A program made the translations under genes and the position numbers. Under the pieces are notes generated by a model. The model was given only the letters and a program-made list of their open reading frames with translations, made no database searches and was not told the origin of the DNA. Shown here in pieces: positions 1 through 12,486 of a DNA stretch of 64,000 nucleotides. Positions within the stretch are counted from its first letter, which is position 1; each line of letters opens with the position of its first letter. The DNA comes from Eledone cirrhosa (Eukaryota): positions 92,566,001 to 92,630,000 of the forward strand of contig OZ024741.1 in the NCBI GenBank assembly GCA_964016885.1. Direction: 5' to 3'.

Positions 1-44
1 TTTTTTAAAAACATTTAAGTAAAACAAGATAAATTGTGACTTAC

Positions 45-247
45 TTGATCTAGTTTGCTGTTGCCAATCTCATCAAAAGAATTAAGTGGGTTGAAGGAAG
101 GCGGCGCTACTGGTGAGAAATCAATTTTAAAATTTGTAGATAAACTAATATTCCTACGAGGTAAACTTGTCTGAATGTTCAGCTGATTCTCAAGCCAGTC
201 AGCATTGTGTACAATCAACCAATAGACATCTGACAGACAATCTATAC
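45..247 (-). CDS. KIAA0825: KIAA0825-like protein, coding exon (last in window)
   Basis: ttccag acceptor, gtaagt donor, phase 1 to 0. Peptide IDCLSDVYWLIVHNADWLENQL...PPSFNPLNSFDEIGNSKLDQ resembles human YLRQIYHIMQLNEEYLKEQL...PSAFNPFHVYKAFSENMLDQ (recalled from memory). Confidence 0.88.
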
Positions 248-296
248 CTGGAAAGAGAAAAAACATGGATTCAGAAGGAATTTATAGATTATATTA

Positions 297-1425
297 GCCC
301 TTTTGAAACAAAACTACCTGAAACTGCCCCTGGTTCTAAGATACTGTTTATTTTGAAGTGTTTATAGTTTTCTAAATACCTATCATCATAATTTTATGTA
401 AGAACTTTTGTTGAGTTAAGCTCCAAACACTATCTTGACCCTTTTGTTACCATATTTCTAATGAAAGATACTTCCTATTTTTTAGAATTTGGAGAAATTT
501 AGTAGCTTTGCTCCCTTCCAAGCAAACCTACAGAATTTCTTTAAATCTAAACCATTCAATGTGGGAGTCGGACTCCACCAAGGGTACATACGGTCACCTC
601 TCCTATTCATCATTTTCATGAACATGATTGACATGCACAGCTGGGTTAGAAGTGGTGTCACGACTGGCAAGTGTAAAATTGATCGGCTGGAATTTGCAGA
701 CATGATATTACTTAACTCGACAGTATCAAGAACTTGCATTTGATACAGTTTGATGCTGAGTGCGGCATGGCTGAAATGAAAATCAGTGCTGCCAAAACTG
801 AAACACTCATCCTCTCAGGGAAGCCTGTGCAGTGCACACTTTATATTTGAATGGAGTTCCACTGAATCAGGTGGAACAGTTCAAGAATCTTGGGGCCATG
901 TCCACAAGTGATGGAAGGCAGGAGCTGGTGCATTACTGCACCAGCTTTGGCAATCGGTAACCAGAAGAAGGGAGGTAGGTGTAAAAGCCAAACTCACTAT
1001 CTTTAATATAATATTCATACCAACTCTTACCTATGGTCATGAATCTTGGGTAATGACTGAAAGAATACAATCGAGAATACAAGCAGTGCGAAATGGGGTT
1101 CCTCCGAAGGGTCTTTGTTGTAACATTACTCAATAGAGTGCGTAGCTTGGAGATTAGATTTTACGGGCAAAACAAACCGGCAGGAGACCCAAGGATAGAC
1201 CCCGAGCAAGCTGGCTGGACAACATCCATAAGCTTGGCTGGTCTCATTTGGGGATCCAGTTAAATCAGTTGGAAAAGTATAAACACTTTAAAATAAACAG
1301 TTTTGTAACATAGAACCAGAAGCAGTTTTAGGCAGTTTGGTTCAAAAGAGTTAATAATTAGAAAGTTAGTCATATTACTAAATCCCTCCAATTTATTGAT
1401 TATTTTCAAAAATATTCTATTTCAA
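297..1425. mobile_element. Nested TTAA-type (piggyBac-like) MITEs: copy 439-1350 inserted into the TTAA of another copy
   Basis: The outer copy reads ...ccaaacactatc|ttga ... ttaa|taattagaaag, matching the uninterrupted copy at 48810-49058. The inner copy has CCCTTT...AAAGAG termini. Confidence 0.6.
549..1258 (+). mobile_element. Decayed RTE-clade LINE reverse-transcriptase fragment
   Basis: PFNVGVGLHQG..SPLLFIIFM..LEFAD motifs, then frameshifted LTYGHESW and RP..RP..W remnants. Confidence 0.75.
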
Positions 1426-2091
1426 TGAAACCGGGACCAACTCTGGCTTATTAACATCTGGGCTTGAGACAGACTTTAAATTATCAATTAATTAATGATG
1501 AATGTAGAAATATATAGTTAGTTTGTAGATATTTTCTACTTTGTATAATAAGCAGAAAGAAAAAAATAATGAAAATATAGGGAAGGGGAAAGACTCTACA
1601 TCTGTCTAAGTGATATATTGAATCTGTGACCTGTAGACAAGAGTGTGAAAGCATTGCCACAGTAAACAGCCAGCGTTTCTCAATACATCGGCCACTCTAA
1701 CTCACTGGGTTCCTTTTTCAAGTGGTGGGCACTCCTCCTAATTTTGCAGAGGAAAATGGCAAACAAGTTTTAATGGTGAAAGTATTGTTGCAAACAAAAA
1801 TATCTATTCCAGTAACCCATGCTAGCATGGAAGATAGACGTTAAACGATGATGATGATGATGATTAATAAATATTAGTTATGGGTCAGGCAAGCAATGTA
1901 ATATGAAAGCAATTCAATGTCTTTGAAGAATACATAGTATATGTTCTATTCCAAGTGTCATAACAAAATGTTCAGCTAGCACAAGTATAATAAAGAATTT
2001 GAATGTTCAAGGCCTTAACCAATTGATTCATTGCAAAGTGCTAATGCAGTGGTTCTTAACCTTTTCACCATGAATAAGTCCTTTTATTTAA

Positions 2092-2253
2092 CCCTTTAGC
2101 ATTTACATTACTCTATAGATACTATTGTATTTTACGAGATTTTGATGTTTTTTATTTTTAAAACAATACTTTAACGTCAGTATGAGTGGCCAATTCGAAC
2201 AAAAGGAAGTGAGAGAATTCTGGCCGTATACGGCCAGTTTAAATGCTAAAGGG
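2092..2253. mobile_element. Short piggyBac-type MITE
   Basis: 14-bp TIR ccctttagcattta/taaatgctaaaggg with TTAA on both sides; internal palindrome ctggccgtatacggccag. Confidence 0.75.
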
Positions 2254-2464
2254 TTAAATGAATTTCCCCCCCCCCCCCCCTCACCCTGTTTTGGAAGCCA
2301 GAAGGAGCCATCGTAATTTAGCTCACATGATTCCAGTTTCAAATACCACCAAAACAAATCAAGATATTAAAAACAGTAACATACTTGAGATAGTTCAATT
2401 GGTAGGAAAGGAAATTATAATATCTCACCTGAATTAGCAGATTCATCTATATATCATCATTGCA

Positions 2465-3025
2465 TCATCATCATCATTATTTAACATCCATTTTTCCATA
2501 TAAGCATGAGATAGACGAGTTGTCCTGTTGTGAGAAATGCCACGTCAGGTACCATGTTTTGCTTATACAGAACTGATTTTGGCTTGATTTCTATGGCTGG
2601 ATGCCCTTCTTAACGCCAACAACATTTACAGAGAGTACTGGTGCTTTTAGTCACCTATACAACCACTTTACAGTGCGGGGTGGATGCTTTTTGTCTGACA
2701 CCTACATGACCACTTTACAGCGTGGGCTGGGCATATATATATGTATACATATATATATATATATGTGTCTGTATGAGCAAGACATGGTCATCTAATCTAA
2801 CTTGTCTCATAATGGGACAACTCATCTAACCCATGCTAACATGGAAAAATGGACATTAAATGGCAATGATAAGGATATCAACATCGCTTAACGTCTATCT
2901 TCCTCGCTAGCATGGGTTAGATGGGTTTGTCCCATTTAGAGGCAAGTTAGGTCGGGTGACTGTGTCTCGTTCATATAGGAGAGTTTCTGGCTAGTTTTCT
3001 ACGACTGGATGCCCTTCCTAAAGCC
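2465..3025. repeat. Cluster of RTE 3'-UTR remnants in alternating orientation
   Basis: ggctggatgcccttc, aacccatgcta.catggaa and (gat)n tails shared with the RTE 3' end at 15180-15475. Confidence 0.6.
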
Positions 3026-3182
3026 AATATATATATATATATGGGGGGGGGGCACCATTGAGCTAGTGGATCTCTCAATTGGCCACACAATATCTGTAGT
3101 CACACACATTCTCTCTCTCTCTCTCTCTCTCTAAAACACTCACAATGTACAGATGTACAGTAAAAATTAAAAACTCTGGTAC

Positions 3183-3286
3183 CTGTAGGACAGCCAAACA
3201 ATTCATTAGCAGCAGCTTGGTAATATTCTTCAGCAAAATCTGATATGGTATTTTCTGGCATGTGACGTGGAGTGGAATAACTGGAG
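3183..3286 (-). CDS. KIAA0825: KIAA0825-like coding exon
   Basis: cctcag/gtacca borders, phase 2 to 1; SSYSTPRHMPENTISDFAEEYYQAAANELFGCPT. Confidence 0.85.
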
Positions 3287-3971
3287 CTGAGGAAATAGAA
3301 CAATAATAGGAATTTCGAATTTAGGCACAAGGCCAGTAAATTTAGAAGGGCAAAGTCAATTAAATCAAACTCTGTATTTGACTGCTACTTTATTTTATTG
3401 ACCCAAGAGGGATGAAAGACGAAGTTGACCTCAACAGGTTTTGAACTCAGAATATGACATAATAGCATCTCTATATATTACACTCTGTTATAACTAACAT
3501 TACTTACATCCTCATTATCACCACCACCAACAATGACATCAGAGCTGACCTGGTATTAAGCAATAGCAATATAAAAACTATAACTAGAAAGGAAAGGAGC
3601 TGATCACCAGATTTAACTGCCTGTCACAATTCTTGGCAGAAACAGTACTGCTTTTCCAATACCAGGGGGTGGGGTTTTGAACTCAGAATGCACAGAGCTG
3701 AAATAGATACTGCAAAGCATCCCATCTGATTTTTTAACAATTCCACCAATGCACTACCCATGAACTGCTACTTTATTATCTGCTCTAAAAGGATGAAAGG
3801 CAAAGTTGACCTCAGCAGGATTTGGTCCCAAGGTATGGAGAACTAGAACAAATACTGAAGCATTAAAGACAATTAACAACTTATGGAAACAAACATAAAA
3901 ACATAAAACAGTAAAAAATATTTTAAAATGAAAAAAAAAAAAAAGAAAACGGAGGGGGGAGGTAAACTTAC

Positions 3972-4074
3972 TCAGAGTTTAAGAATGTGACAATATGGTT
4001 GATGTTTTCGTTGGTGAAATCATTGTGTTGTGTCTGTAATAAACTGCTCACTTCTATACGACTCAACTCTATAT
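3972..4074 (-). CDS. KIAA0825: KIAA0825-like coding exon
   Basis: aaacag/gtaagt borders, phase 1 to 2; IELSRIEVSSLLQTQHNDFTNENINHIVTFLNS. Phases fit both neighbours. Confidence 0.82.
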
Positions 4075-5196
4075 CTGTTTAAAGAAAATAACAATTACAG
4101 TATTACAGCTGGTCAGTCTTCCATGAGATAATTATTATAGGTGAAGGAAATACTAAATCCTTTTGTTACCATATTTCTCATGAAGTAACTAATGTTTTCA
4201 TTATTAAGCTGGTGTTTGAAACATAACAAAATTTTCTTTCATAAAATTATGATGGAAGATTTAAATTTAACAATATAAATACTTTAAAACAAACAACTTT
4301 GTATCATAAAGCTAGTGACAGTTTCAAATGGATTGATATCAAAAGGGCCAAATCAATTATGGTACTGGTGATGATGTAGATTAATTTCTTCTAGGAAAGG
4401 GTGAGTTATCCTCATATTCATCATCATCATTTGACACCTGCTTTTTATGTTGGAATTGGTGTGATAGGTCATCATGAGACAAGTCAGTTCTTGTTTATTG
4501 TTACTGCCTTGCTAGATGAGCTGAAGGACCAGGTCTCACTAATACAATCTAATTTTTACCATGATTTCTAAAACTGGAAGCCCTTCTTAACATCAACCAC
4601 TTTACAAAGTCTACTGGGTGTGTTTTATCATGACACCAACATTAGAGAGGCTGACAAGTCCTTAACAAAACTAAAGTGCTCTTTACCCTACATGGTCTCT
4701 ATTCAATCATTTTACTATTATACAATAAGAGTTTACCAGGTATGGTTAACCAGAGGAAACTTTGTGCCTCTTCATACCTGCACCCTGAGTGACTACCCTT
4801 CTCACACACTCTTGTCTCTGACACTAAGATCCCTCACATAATGTACCACAGAGAATCTCGAGTTACATTTACATAGCACACATAATTTCTCTCAGAAAAT
4901 CTTGAGTTACATTCACATACCACACATAAGCAATATCACTGCGCGTTGTAAGAGTTGGTACCAAGAAGAACATTGGTTGTAAAACATTGCTTCAAAAAGG
5001 ACACCATTGATATGTATGAAACCTGTCATAGAGCCTGCAAGGTTAACTCGCGTTTTAGCAGGGGAAATGGCCTTAAAATACGTGTCATATATTGTATATA
5101 GAATATTTCACAACAAAATACAAATAAACTTTTCTTCCTTAATCTTTATTAATTCCCAAACAAATTGTTTTAATTGACTCAAGATGATTACATTAC

Positions 5197-5335
5197 CTGA
5201 GTAGATCAGTGTAGAGTAAACACCCTCAGCTAAAAGTGTGAGAATATGTTTAGTCTCAGGACTAAAAGACGTTCCTGACATAATTTCAACAGCAGTACCC
5301 GACCAAAGCTGCATCTTCAAACCTAATGCAATAAT
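5197..5335 (-). CDS. KIAA0825: KIAA0825-like coding exon
   Basis: tttcag/gtaatg borders, phase 0 to 1; IIALGLKMQLWSGTAVEIMSGTSFSPETKHILTLL resembles human GNTVELLTGASL (from memory). Confidence 0.87.
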
Positions 5336-7483
5336 CTGAAAAATAAATAGACAGACATAAATAAACATAGAAATGTAGTAAGAGAAATATTTATAATGAA
5401 ATTTATTAAATAACAGCTCTGAGATTAAAAGGAAATGTTTTTTTCTTAATACATCATCATAATCATTCTATGTCTGTTTTTCCATGCTTGTATGGGTTGG
5501 ACAAGTCCTCTCTATCACAGCTTCCCACTACTTGTGTTCCATTATCATCTCCTGTGTGAAGTTCAGCTTTCACTATTTCAACCCAAGTCTTCCCTTCTAC
5601 ATCATCCTTCCACATGAAACTCCTGGCATGTCATTATCCAATGAAAATTATCCATGCACATTTAGTATCAACACCAGAGCAGTCTTCTCTCTTGCATACT
5701 ACATTTAATTCCTCTGATGCTCAATTTTTTCCTTAGCTCATACATGCCTTGTTGTTTAAGCATACTAACATTACACATTCAATGCAGTACACTGGTTTCA
5801 TTTATTTTCTCATCTTCACACCTCCTCAGGATCCAGTGCCCATGTCTCACAACTACTTTGCAAAATTGAAAAGCCTGGTTGTGCACATGCTTCAAAATAT
5901 ATGGAGTTTTGGTATACTTTTTAAAAAAGAAGGAAACTTAGTCTAAATGGTAAAGTATAAATAATATTAAGTGTGTATACATTGATGCTTTGAACCGAGA
6001 ATGACATAGGGGAGAGAGAAAAGTATTTTTGTTTACTTTGGCTATAAAAATTTGATGCAAAAACAACAGGTATTTTAAGGTCCTTTTTCTGGTTAAAGCA
6101 AGAGTTAGGCTTGCAGGACCCATAACAGGTTCTTCATGGTATCCTTTTCAAGGCAACGTTTTACAGCCAGATGCACTTCCTGGCACCAACCATTTTAGTT
6201 GCCTCATACAATAAGCAGAGATTTAATGTAGCTACTATAAACTGGATACCCACAGCAGAAGTCTGGTGGCAGTGAAGAATAAGATTGTCTGCCAATGTGC
6301 AGGAAGGGAGTAATGGGAAATTGAAAATCCAAAGAAGCAGTGAAAGTGATAGAGAGGAAGTGAGAAAAAGATATAGAGGCAGAGTCAAACTCAGCTCTAG
6401 ACTGGTACTTTTTTATTATTGAGCCTGAAAAAATTAAAAGCAAAGTTAACCTTGGAAGAGTTTCAACTCAGAGAATGCAGAGAGCTGGAATGAATACCAC
6501 AAAGCATTCTATCCAATGTTCTAACACAAGCACACAAACACACACACCGACATACAAAATTGTAATATATATATGAATTTATTTAGACATTTACACAGAC
6601 ACATAAATGGATACAAATACATTATAAATATATATGAATTTATACACTTATCTATACACATACATACAAACACTGTGTGAATATATGAATTCAGAGGCAC
6701 ATATATGAATGTACACACACACACACACTCACTCACATTATACATATATGTGCATTTATACACAGACACACATACATATACAAACACAGTGAGAAAATTA
6801 TGTGTGAGAGAGAGAGAGATATGGAGCAAGAAAGAAATAGAAAGGGAGAGTTGGAGGAGAGAGTGAGAGATTAAACAGAGCCTGAAGAAAAAAGATAATT
6901 ATATTTCAGAACACAAAATCACAATATTTTATTTGAGCGCCAGACAACATGCTTTGCGGTATGTAGTTACAGCTTTTTAATGTTCTAAGTTCAAATACTA
7001 CCAAGGTTAGTTTTGCCTTTCATCTTTACAGCATTGATAAAATAATGTACCAGTAACTCACTAGGGTCAATTTAGTCGACTTTCCCTTTCCCTTCAAAAG
7101 TTAAACAAATATTTTAAGACACCCCTTCTTTTGCTTCATCTCCTTTCACAAATTTACCCTTTATACCTCAGAGTTGGCATTTTTTTGTTCATGGATTATT
7201 CTTGGATGAATTTGGATCTCTGTGATAAAGTTTGTGAAAATTTGTTGAGAAATTGGCTGTGTATATCTGGTTAAGAATAGGTACACTGTATCCATGCCAT
7301 AAGAAGTGACTAAAAGTGTTGGTACCAGGAAAGGCATATAATTGTAAAATAATACCTCAAACAGCTCTGTCTAACCCATGCCAGTATGGAAAAGATAATC
7401 TAAAGATGATGATGATGAAATAGCTACATTGTTTCAAGACAAAACGGCAAACTTTCACACTTATATAGTTTAGAAGGAATTAC

Positions 7484-7647
7484 CTGTAGCCCTAAGCAAT
7501 CATGGGGGATCCGAGCACCTTTCTCTTTTAATGCATCTTGGAGAATCTTGAAGAGAGTACAAAAGGATGTTGGTAATGTGTAGATATGTTCTGATAGTTG
7601 CTTGAGTACCTCCAATACTGTGTTGTTAACCTGGTCCTTTGCACAAC
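7484..7647 (-). CDS. KIAA0825: KIAA0825-like coding exon
   Basis: tttcag/gtaatt borders, phase 1 to 0; CAKDQVNNTVLEVLKQLSEHIYTLPTSFCTLFKILQ...LGLQ. Confidence 0.85.
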
Positions 7648-8309
7648 CTGAAATATGAACCAAATATATTTACATGTATTATGTCTTTCAACCCATCCTT
7701 CTATTAGGAACTTGCCAAATATATTCACCTAAAGCAGCAACCACTCTTCTCACATCACACTTCATCTCATTGCCTTGAGGACTGAAGAACTTAATGTTTT
7801 GGATCTTAGCCCTTCGCTTGAGAGTGAGGGAAAAAGGAGAGAAATTGGTGTTGTCATGCCTGAAAGCTAGTAAAAACTATTATAAACGATGTGGAGTGAC
7901 ATACATAATCTATTGGCTAATTTAATACCGCCACTTGGTATTAGTGGTGTCCACTGTTACAAGCACAAGGCCAGGTCTCTGGTCTGGGGAAAACCTCTTC
8001 CCTTCTTTTCTAATTCCACCAGCATTGGCAGCCCTGATGAAGACCACAAACAAAAAAAAAACTTAATAAATGCCTGTAGTAGATTTGACCTTAAAACCTG
8101 AGTTGGCAGTTTAAAACTTTATTAATGCAGCCATTTTGCCAATACAGGTACAACACCGAGTTTTCAACGCCCTTGATTCCAAACCTGGGCCAAAGTATCC
8201 ATTTTGCCAGACTACACAAGAAATCACTATAAATATATAAAGTTAAAAACACACTCCCTATTTTTCAATTACATAATATGAAGGTGCAAATGTTTGAAAT
8301 TCCCACCAC

Positions 8310-8803
8310 ACATACTTGAATATAAACTGACCCCCTATTTTATATCTGAGAAATGGGCAAAAATCCAAATCCCATTTATAAGCTGAGGCAGCTAATCAAC
8401 ACATTATATTTAGATGGCACGATTTTGAAATTCTCATGAGAAGAGAATATATTTATGAAGTCTTCATATTTTAATATTTAAAATGTTTTAGGTGTCGTTA
8501 ACAGCATTGTTTTTGTTTCACAACTCCATTACATAATGATTTTTTACCAATTTACAACCATTTTGAAGGCCATATTCTTTCAAAACACATAAAAGACAAT
8601 AGAAATTTCACCCCCAAAGTGAAACCAGTGTGATATTCACCTTCAAAGCGAAAAAATTTTGGAACATCATTTTGTAGAAGTTGGTGAAAATTGGCAAAAT
8701 ATTGGCCACATATATAAGCTGATCCTCCTCCCCCCCCCCCCCAATTTTACCATCAAATTTTTTTGCCAAATATTTCTCAGTTTATATACGAGTATATACA
8801 GTA
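8310..8803. mobile_element. Possible decayed Tc1/mariner (Tc2/pogo-like) DNA transposon remnant
   Basis: The right end read on the minus strand is TA-CTGTATATACTCGTATATAA, with subterminal ..gcttatat and tataa.ctga motifs. The left TIR is not clearly preserved. Confidence 0.35.
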
Positions 8804-9003
8804 AATAATTTTAATCCCAAATAGTAACCTCTTAACATGAATTAACAAGTGTGACAGGTCAAGAGAAATTCAAATGTCCATTAAATCTGAATAAAAAAAG
8901 GAGCTGAACCATCAGCTAACAGAAAATTGCTGCTATACCTGTATTTCACAGGTTCATAAAACATTCTGTACATACAACAAGTTTTCTGATTTATATATAA
9001 CAA

Positions 9004-9110
9004 TGAAATGTTTTCTTACCTTCCTGTCTTTTGGTTTGAAAAGCACCAAATGTGGTATACATTCACTGAACATTACATATTCAATTTCCTTTTGCTTCTC
9101 TATCTCTCTC
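9004..9110 (-). pseudogene. Decayed tandem duplicate of the exon 9297-9439 3' part (pseudo-exon)
   Basis: Aligns with 9281-9390, including the AAG|gtaagaaaa donor. It carries a 4-nt deletion and a larger internal deletion. Confidence 0.65.
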
Positions 9111-9296
9111 AATATTTGCCTGCCACTCTGCTCAACATGAAATGAAGTGTCTTGCTCAAGAACACATCACACTGCTCAGTCCAGGAATTAAACTCATGAT
9201 CTTATGATCATTAGCCCAACACCCTAACCTAACTAGTCCACATGCCTTCACATTGTATGTTATATATTATATATTAGGGATGAAATATTTTCTTAC

Positions 9297-9439
9297 CTTG
9301 CCGCCTTTTGGTTCGGAAAGCACCAATACTTTGTGGCACACACCCACAGGGCAGGTCAGAAATCACAGACATCACAGATTCAATCTCCCGGCTACTGCTT
9401 GGATGATTTAACAATTTCTTCAGAACAGGTTTCAAAACT
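9297..9439 (-). CDS. KIAA0825: KIAA0825-like coding exon
   Basis: gtttag/gtaaga borders, phase 2 to 1; VLKPVLKKLLNHPSSSREIESVMSVISDLPCGCVPQSIGAFRTKRRQ. Confidence 0.83.
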
Positions 9440-11237
9440 CTAAACAGAGAGGGTACAAACTGGATTTAGAAGTCATGTGAACACTTGTCATATACACTAC
9501 ATATTTGATGTTCAAATCAAGAGCTAATTTAGTTTTACCACCCCCCACATATGAACAACAATGATATGAGCCAACAATTTTATATGATCACTTGACCTTC
9601 TAGAAATAGCAGCTAATCTCCTTTAAATCCTACCCTGCTGTTGGTTTAAAATAGGTATTCTAAACAGATGCATGTTGTATGAGGCAACTAAAATGGATGG
9701 CACCAGGAAGGGCATCTGGCTGTAAAATATTACCACACAAAGAGCTCCATGATGAGTATGAAGCCTGTCAAAGAGCCCACAAGCAGGGAATATGGCCTTA
9801 ATGCTTTTGAACTCAAACCACTTTAAGCTATCTCAGGTTCTATAACTCTAAGCTGTTTGTTTTAAAGTATTTATATTTATCAAAAAAACATTCCATCATA
9901 ATTTTATATGAATACATTTGTTAAGCTATGTTTCAAGCAACCACTCAATCATGAGAAATTTAGTTATATAGCTAAACCCCTCAACAATCTGGACTATTTT
10001 CAAAATTAATTAAAAATCATAGGTAGTGCTTTTCATTGGAAATATAGTAACGATAGGGTGAAGCACATGTTGAACTCCTTTAAATCCTACTTTACAATTT
10101 TTAAAAAAGGGCATGCCACATTAGATAATACAATTCTAGAAACCCATAAAAACACAGGATAGTCACGGTTGGATTGCTTTTGATCATAGGTTTGATCAAT
10201 AAGGTTTAAGCTGGGGCTTATCAAACAGCAACAACAATATACAGTACAACAACAACAAGCATATTAAGGCCATTTCCCCCAGCCCCTTTTTGAGACAATG
10301 TTTTACAGTTAGATGCCGTTTCTGGCACTAACACTTTTAGTCATCTCATATGACATGCAGAGATACAATGCAACTATTCTAAACCAGATACACACAGTAC
10401 AACAAAAATACACAATAAAATATGAATAGATTGTGGGTAATGTACTGAATGATGTCTGCAAATAATTTTCAAATAAGTGAAATTTGCCTCTTAGTTGGAG
10501 AAAGAAAACAAAAAGTATAGTGGCCATTCGTAGTCACTTTCAAAGAAGAATGGCAACAATTTCAAGAAATTAAGAATTAGTGATATTCATTTCATATTAA
10601 AGATTCTATATCTATATATAGAGTTGCTAGCACTACTTGTAGCCACATTGTCATCGCTTTTACATCTGTTTTTCCAAACTGGTATGGGTTGGATGAGCCT
10701 TTTTTAAAGCAGTTCTTCTATGGACAAATTCCCCTCCTGATGCTCACCTATAAATTAGCAGTCCAGGAGTAGCGGATTGGCAGAACAATTAAAGTGCCAG
10801 ACAGTATACTTTGTGGTGTATTTTCTGGCTCTGTGTGCTCTGAGTTCAAATCCTACATTCTGTCACTGGAAAAGCAGGCATGCTCCTGCAAGAAGTTGTG
10901 ACCAGCATGGGAAAAAACCAATGAAAACATAGTTTCTTTAGTCCAATCTGAAAATCGACTCTCCCCTTTTTTATCTTAATTTGAATGTTTTTAATTTTCA
11001 GAGAAATTCAAGAATAAATTTTAAAACTTTGAAGTTGTATTTGACTTGCAAGTCACTTGATTTGAAACTGTGTGTTGAACATGAAGCAATTACATCATGG
11101 TAGAATCATTTTAGCAATTCAAAAACACACAAAATCTACAAATTTATCATTTATTTCTTGGTCACTGACAGTCTACTGCATCAGTGAGCAGATTGCAAAA
11201 GATGTGCTGAAAATGTTGTCACTAAGAAACAAATAAT

Positions 11238-11347
11238 TGTTTCTACGTTAGGCACAAGGCCAGCAATTACCTAGTGCATTACTGGTACTTTATTTTATTG
11301 ACCCCGTAAGGATGAAAGGCAAAGTTAACCTTGGCGGGATTTGAACT
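11238..11347 (-). mobile_element. 5'-truncated tRNA-derived SINE with long TSD, inside a foldback MITE (about 11034-11470)
   Basis: TSD of about 18 bp (tcactaagaaacaaataa) on both sides; B-box gagttcaaatcc; core gcctttcatcct..ggggtcaataaaataaagtaccag. Confidence 0.7.
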
Positions 11348-11478
11348 CACTAAGAAACAAATAATAAAATAAAGTCAACAATATTTGTGTTTTTGAATGA
11401 TTAAAATGAGTCTTCCATGATGAAATTTGAAAACAAAATTTCACATGTTTTAATAAGTTTGAAATACAATACACTTAC

Positions 11479-11531
11479 CTCAATATGAAAGGCTTCAGCA
11501 GGAAGATAATAGTGTCCAACCAAACAGGAAT
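11479..11531 (-). CDS. KIAA0825: KIAA0825-like coding micro-exon (53 nt)
   Basis: ttctag/gtaagt borders, phase 0 to 2; IPVWLDTIIFLLKPFIL. Needed for phase continuity. Confidence 0.8.
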
Positions 11532-11798
11532 CTAGAATGGAAAGTAAGATATTTCTTTAAGAATGAATTGGGAAAGCCTGTACCATACAAAAAGGAGATA
11601 TAATGGTGGAACTAGAGTAAAGTAAGAAGGGCAAAACAAAACAATAGTTTTTACCCTATATATCATGTCATGGATAGAACAGGGCATCTTCTTACAAGCT
11701 ATTCTTCATTGTGTGAATGACCATTGATGGAAAGGTGGCATACACAGGCTGGTTACATATATCACAGATCTGTTGTTATATATATATATATATATATA

Positions 11799-12424
11799 TA
11801 GAACTGGTTACACAACAGTTAGTTCACCATACTGAGAACAATTGTTTTACCTTAGCGGATCCTCAGCTCGTAATGGACATGGTTATACGGAACAGGAAGG
11901 ACAACCGTACGAACGCGCATGCGCAGAAACCGTCACAGGCAATACTAAAAAGCGTGCGAGGTGTAAGGGAGATAACTGTGAAAGTACGAAAAGTTTCTAG
12001 TTGATAAGAAAATTAGGATGTTGTTGTGATTCAATCCGGAGCTTTGTAGTTATGTAACAGGTGTTCGAGACGTGTGGACAACGTGTGAAGGATTCATTTC
12101 TCGTATTTAGGCAATCACTATTGCATAATCTCTTTAGAATATTTATTCGTTCATCAATACATAGTCCACACAACAAAGCTCCGGATTGAATCACAACATC
12201 TTAATTTTCTCATCAACTAAAACTTTTCGTACTTTCAGTTATCTCCCTTACACCTCTCGCTCGCTTTTTAGTATTGCCTGTGTGAAGTGACGGTTTCTGT
12301 GCATATGCGTTCGTACGGTTGTCCTTCCTGTTCCGTATAACCATGTCCATTACGAGCTGAGGATCCGCTAAGGTGAAACAATTGTTCTCGGTATGGTGAA
12401 CTAACTGTTGTGTAACCACTTCTA
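11799..12424. mobile_element. Penelope-like inverted pseudo-LTR (foldback) structure
   Basis: Inverted arms of about 250 bp (11799-12047 and 12173-12424) with a 125-bp spacer; each arm carries a hammerhead motif; the left end abuts (TA)n. Confidence 0.6.
12353..12390 (+). ncRNA. Minimal type I hammerhead ribozyme motif
   Basis: cgag-CTGAGGA-tccgctaaggt-GAA-ACAATTGT-T-ctcg: stem I cgag/ctcg, palindromic helix III, weak stem II. Confidence 0.55.
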
Positions 12425-12486
12425 CCTAACTCGTCCCATGAACTGAGTGCTCTACCACTATGGATATTACCTTCCAGTGTTCTACC

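Noticed and set aside
2285-2428. Possible extra KIAA0825 exon
   Set aside because: It has in-frame stops or incompatible phases, and exons 3183-3286 and 45-247 already join in phase.
8030-8070. CTGATGA hammerhead half-site
   Set aside because: No closing stem II or GAAA follows.
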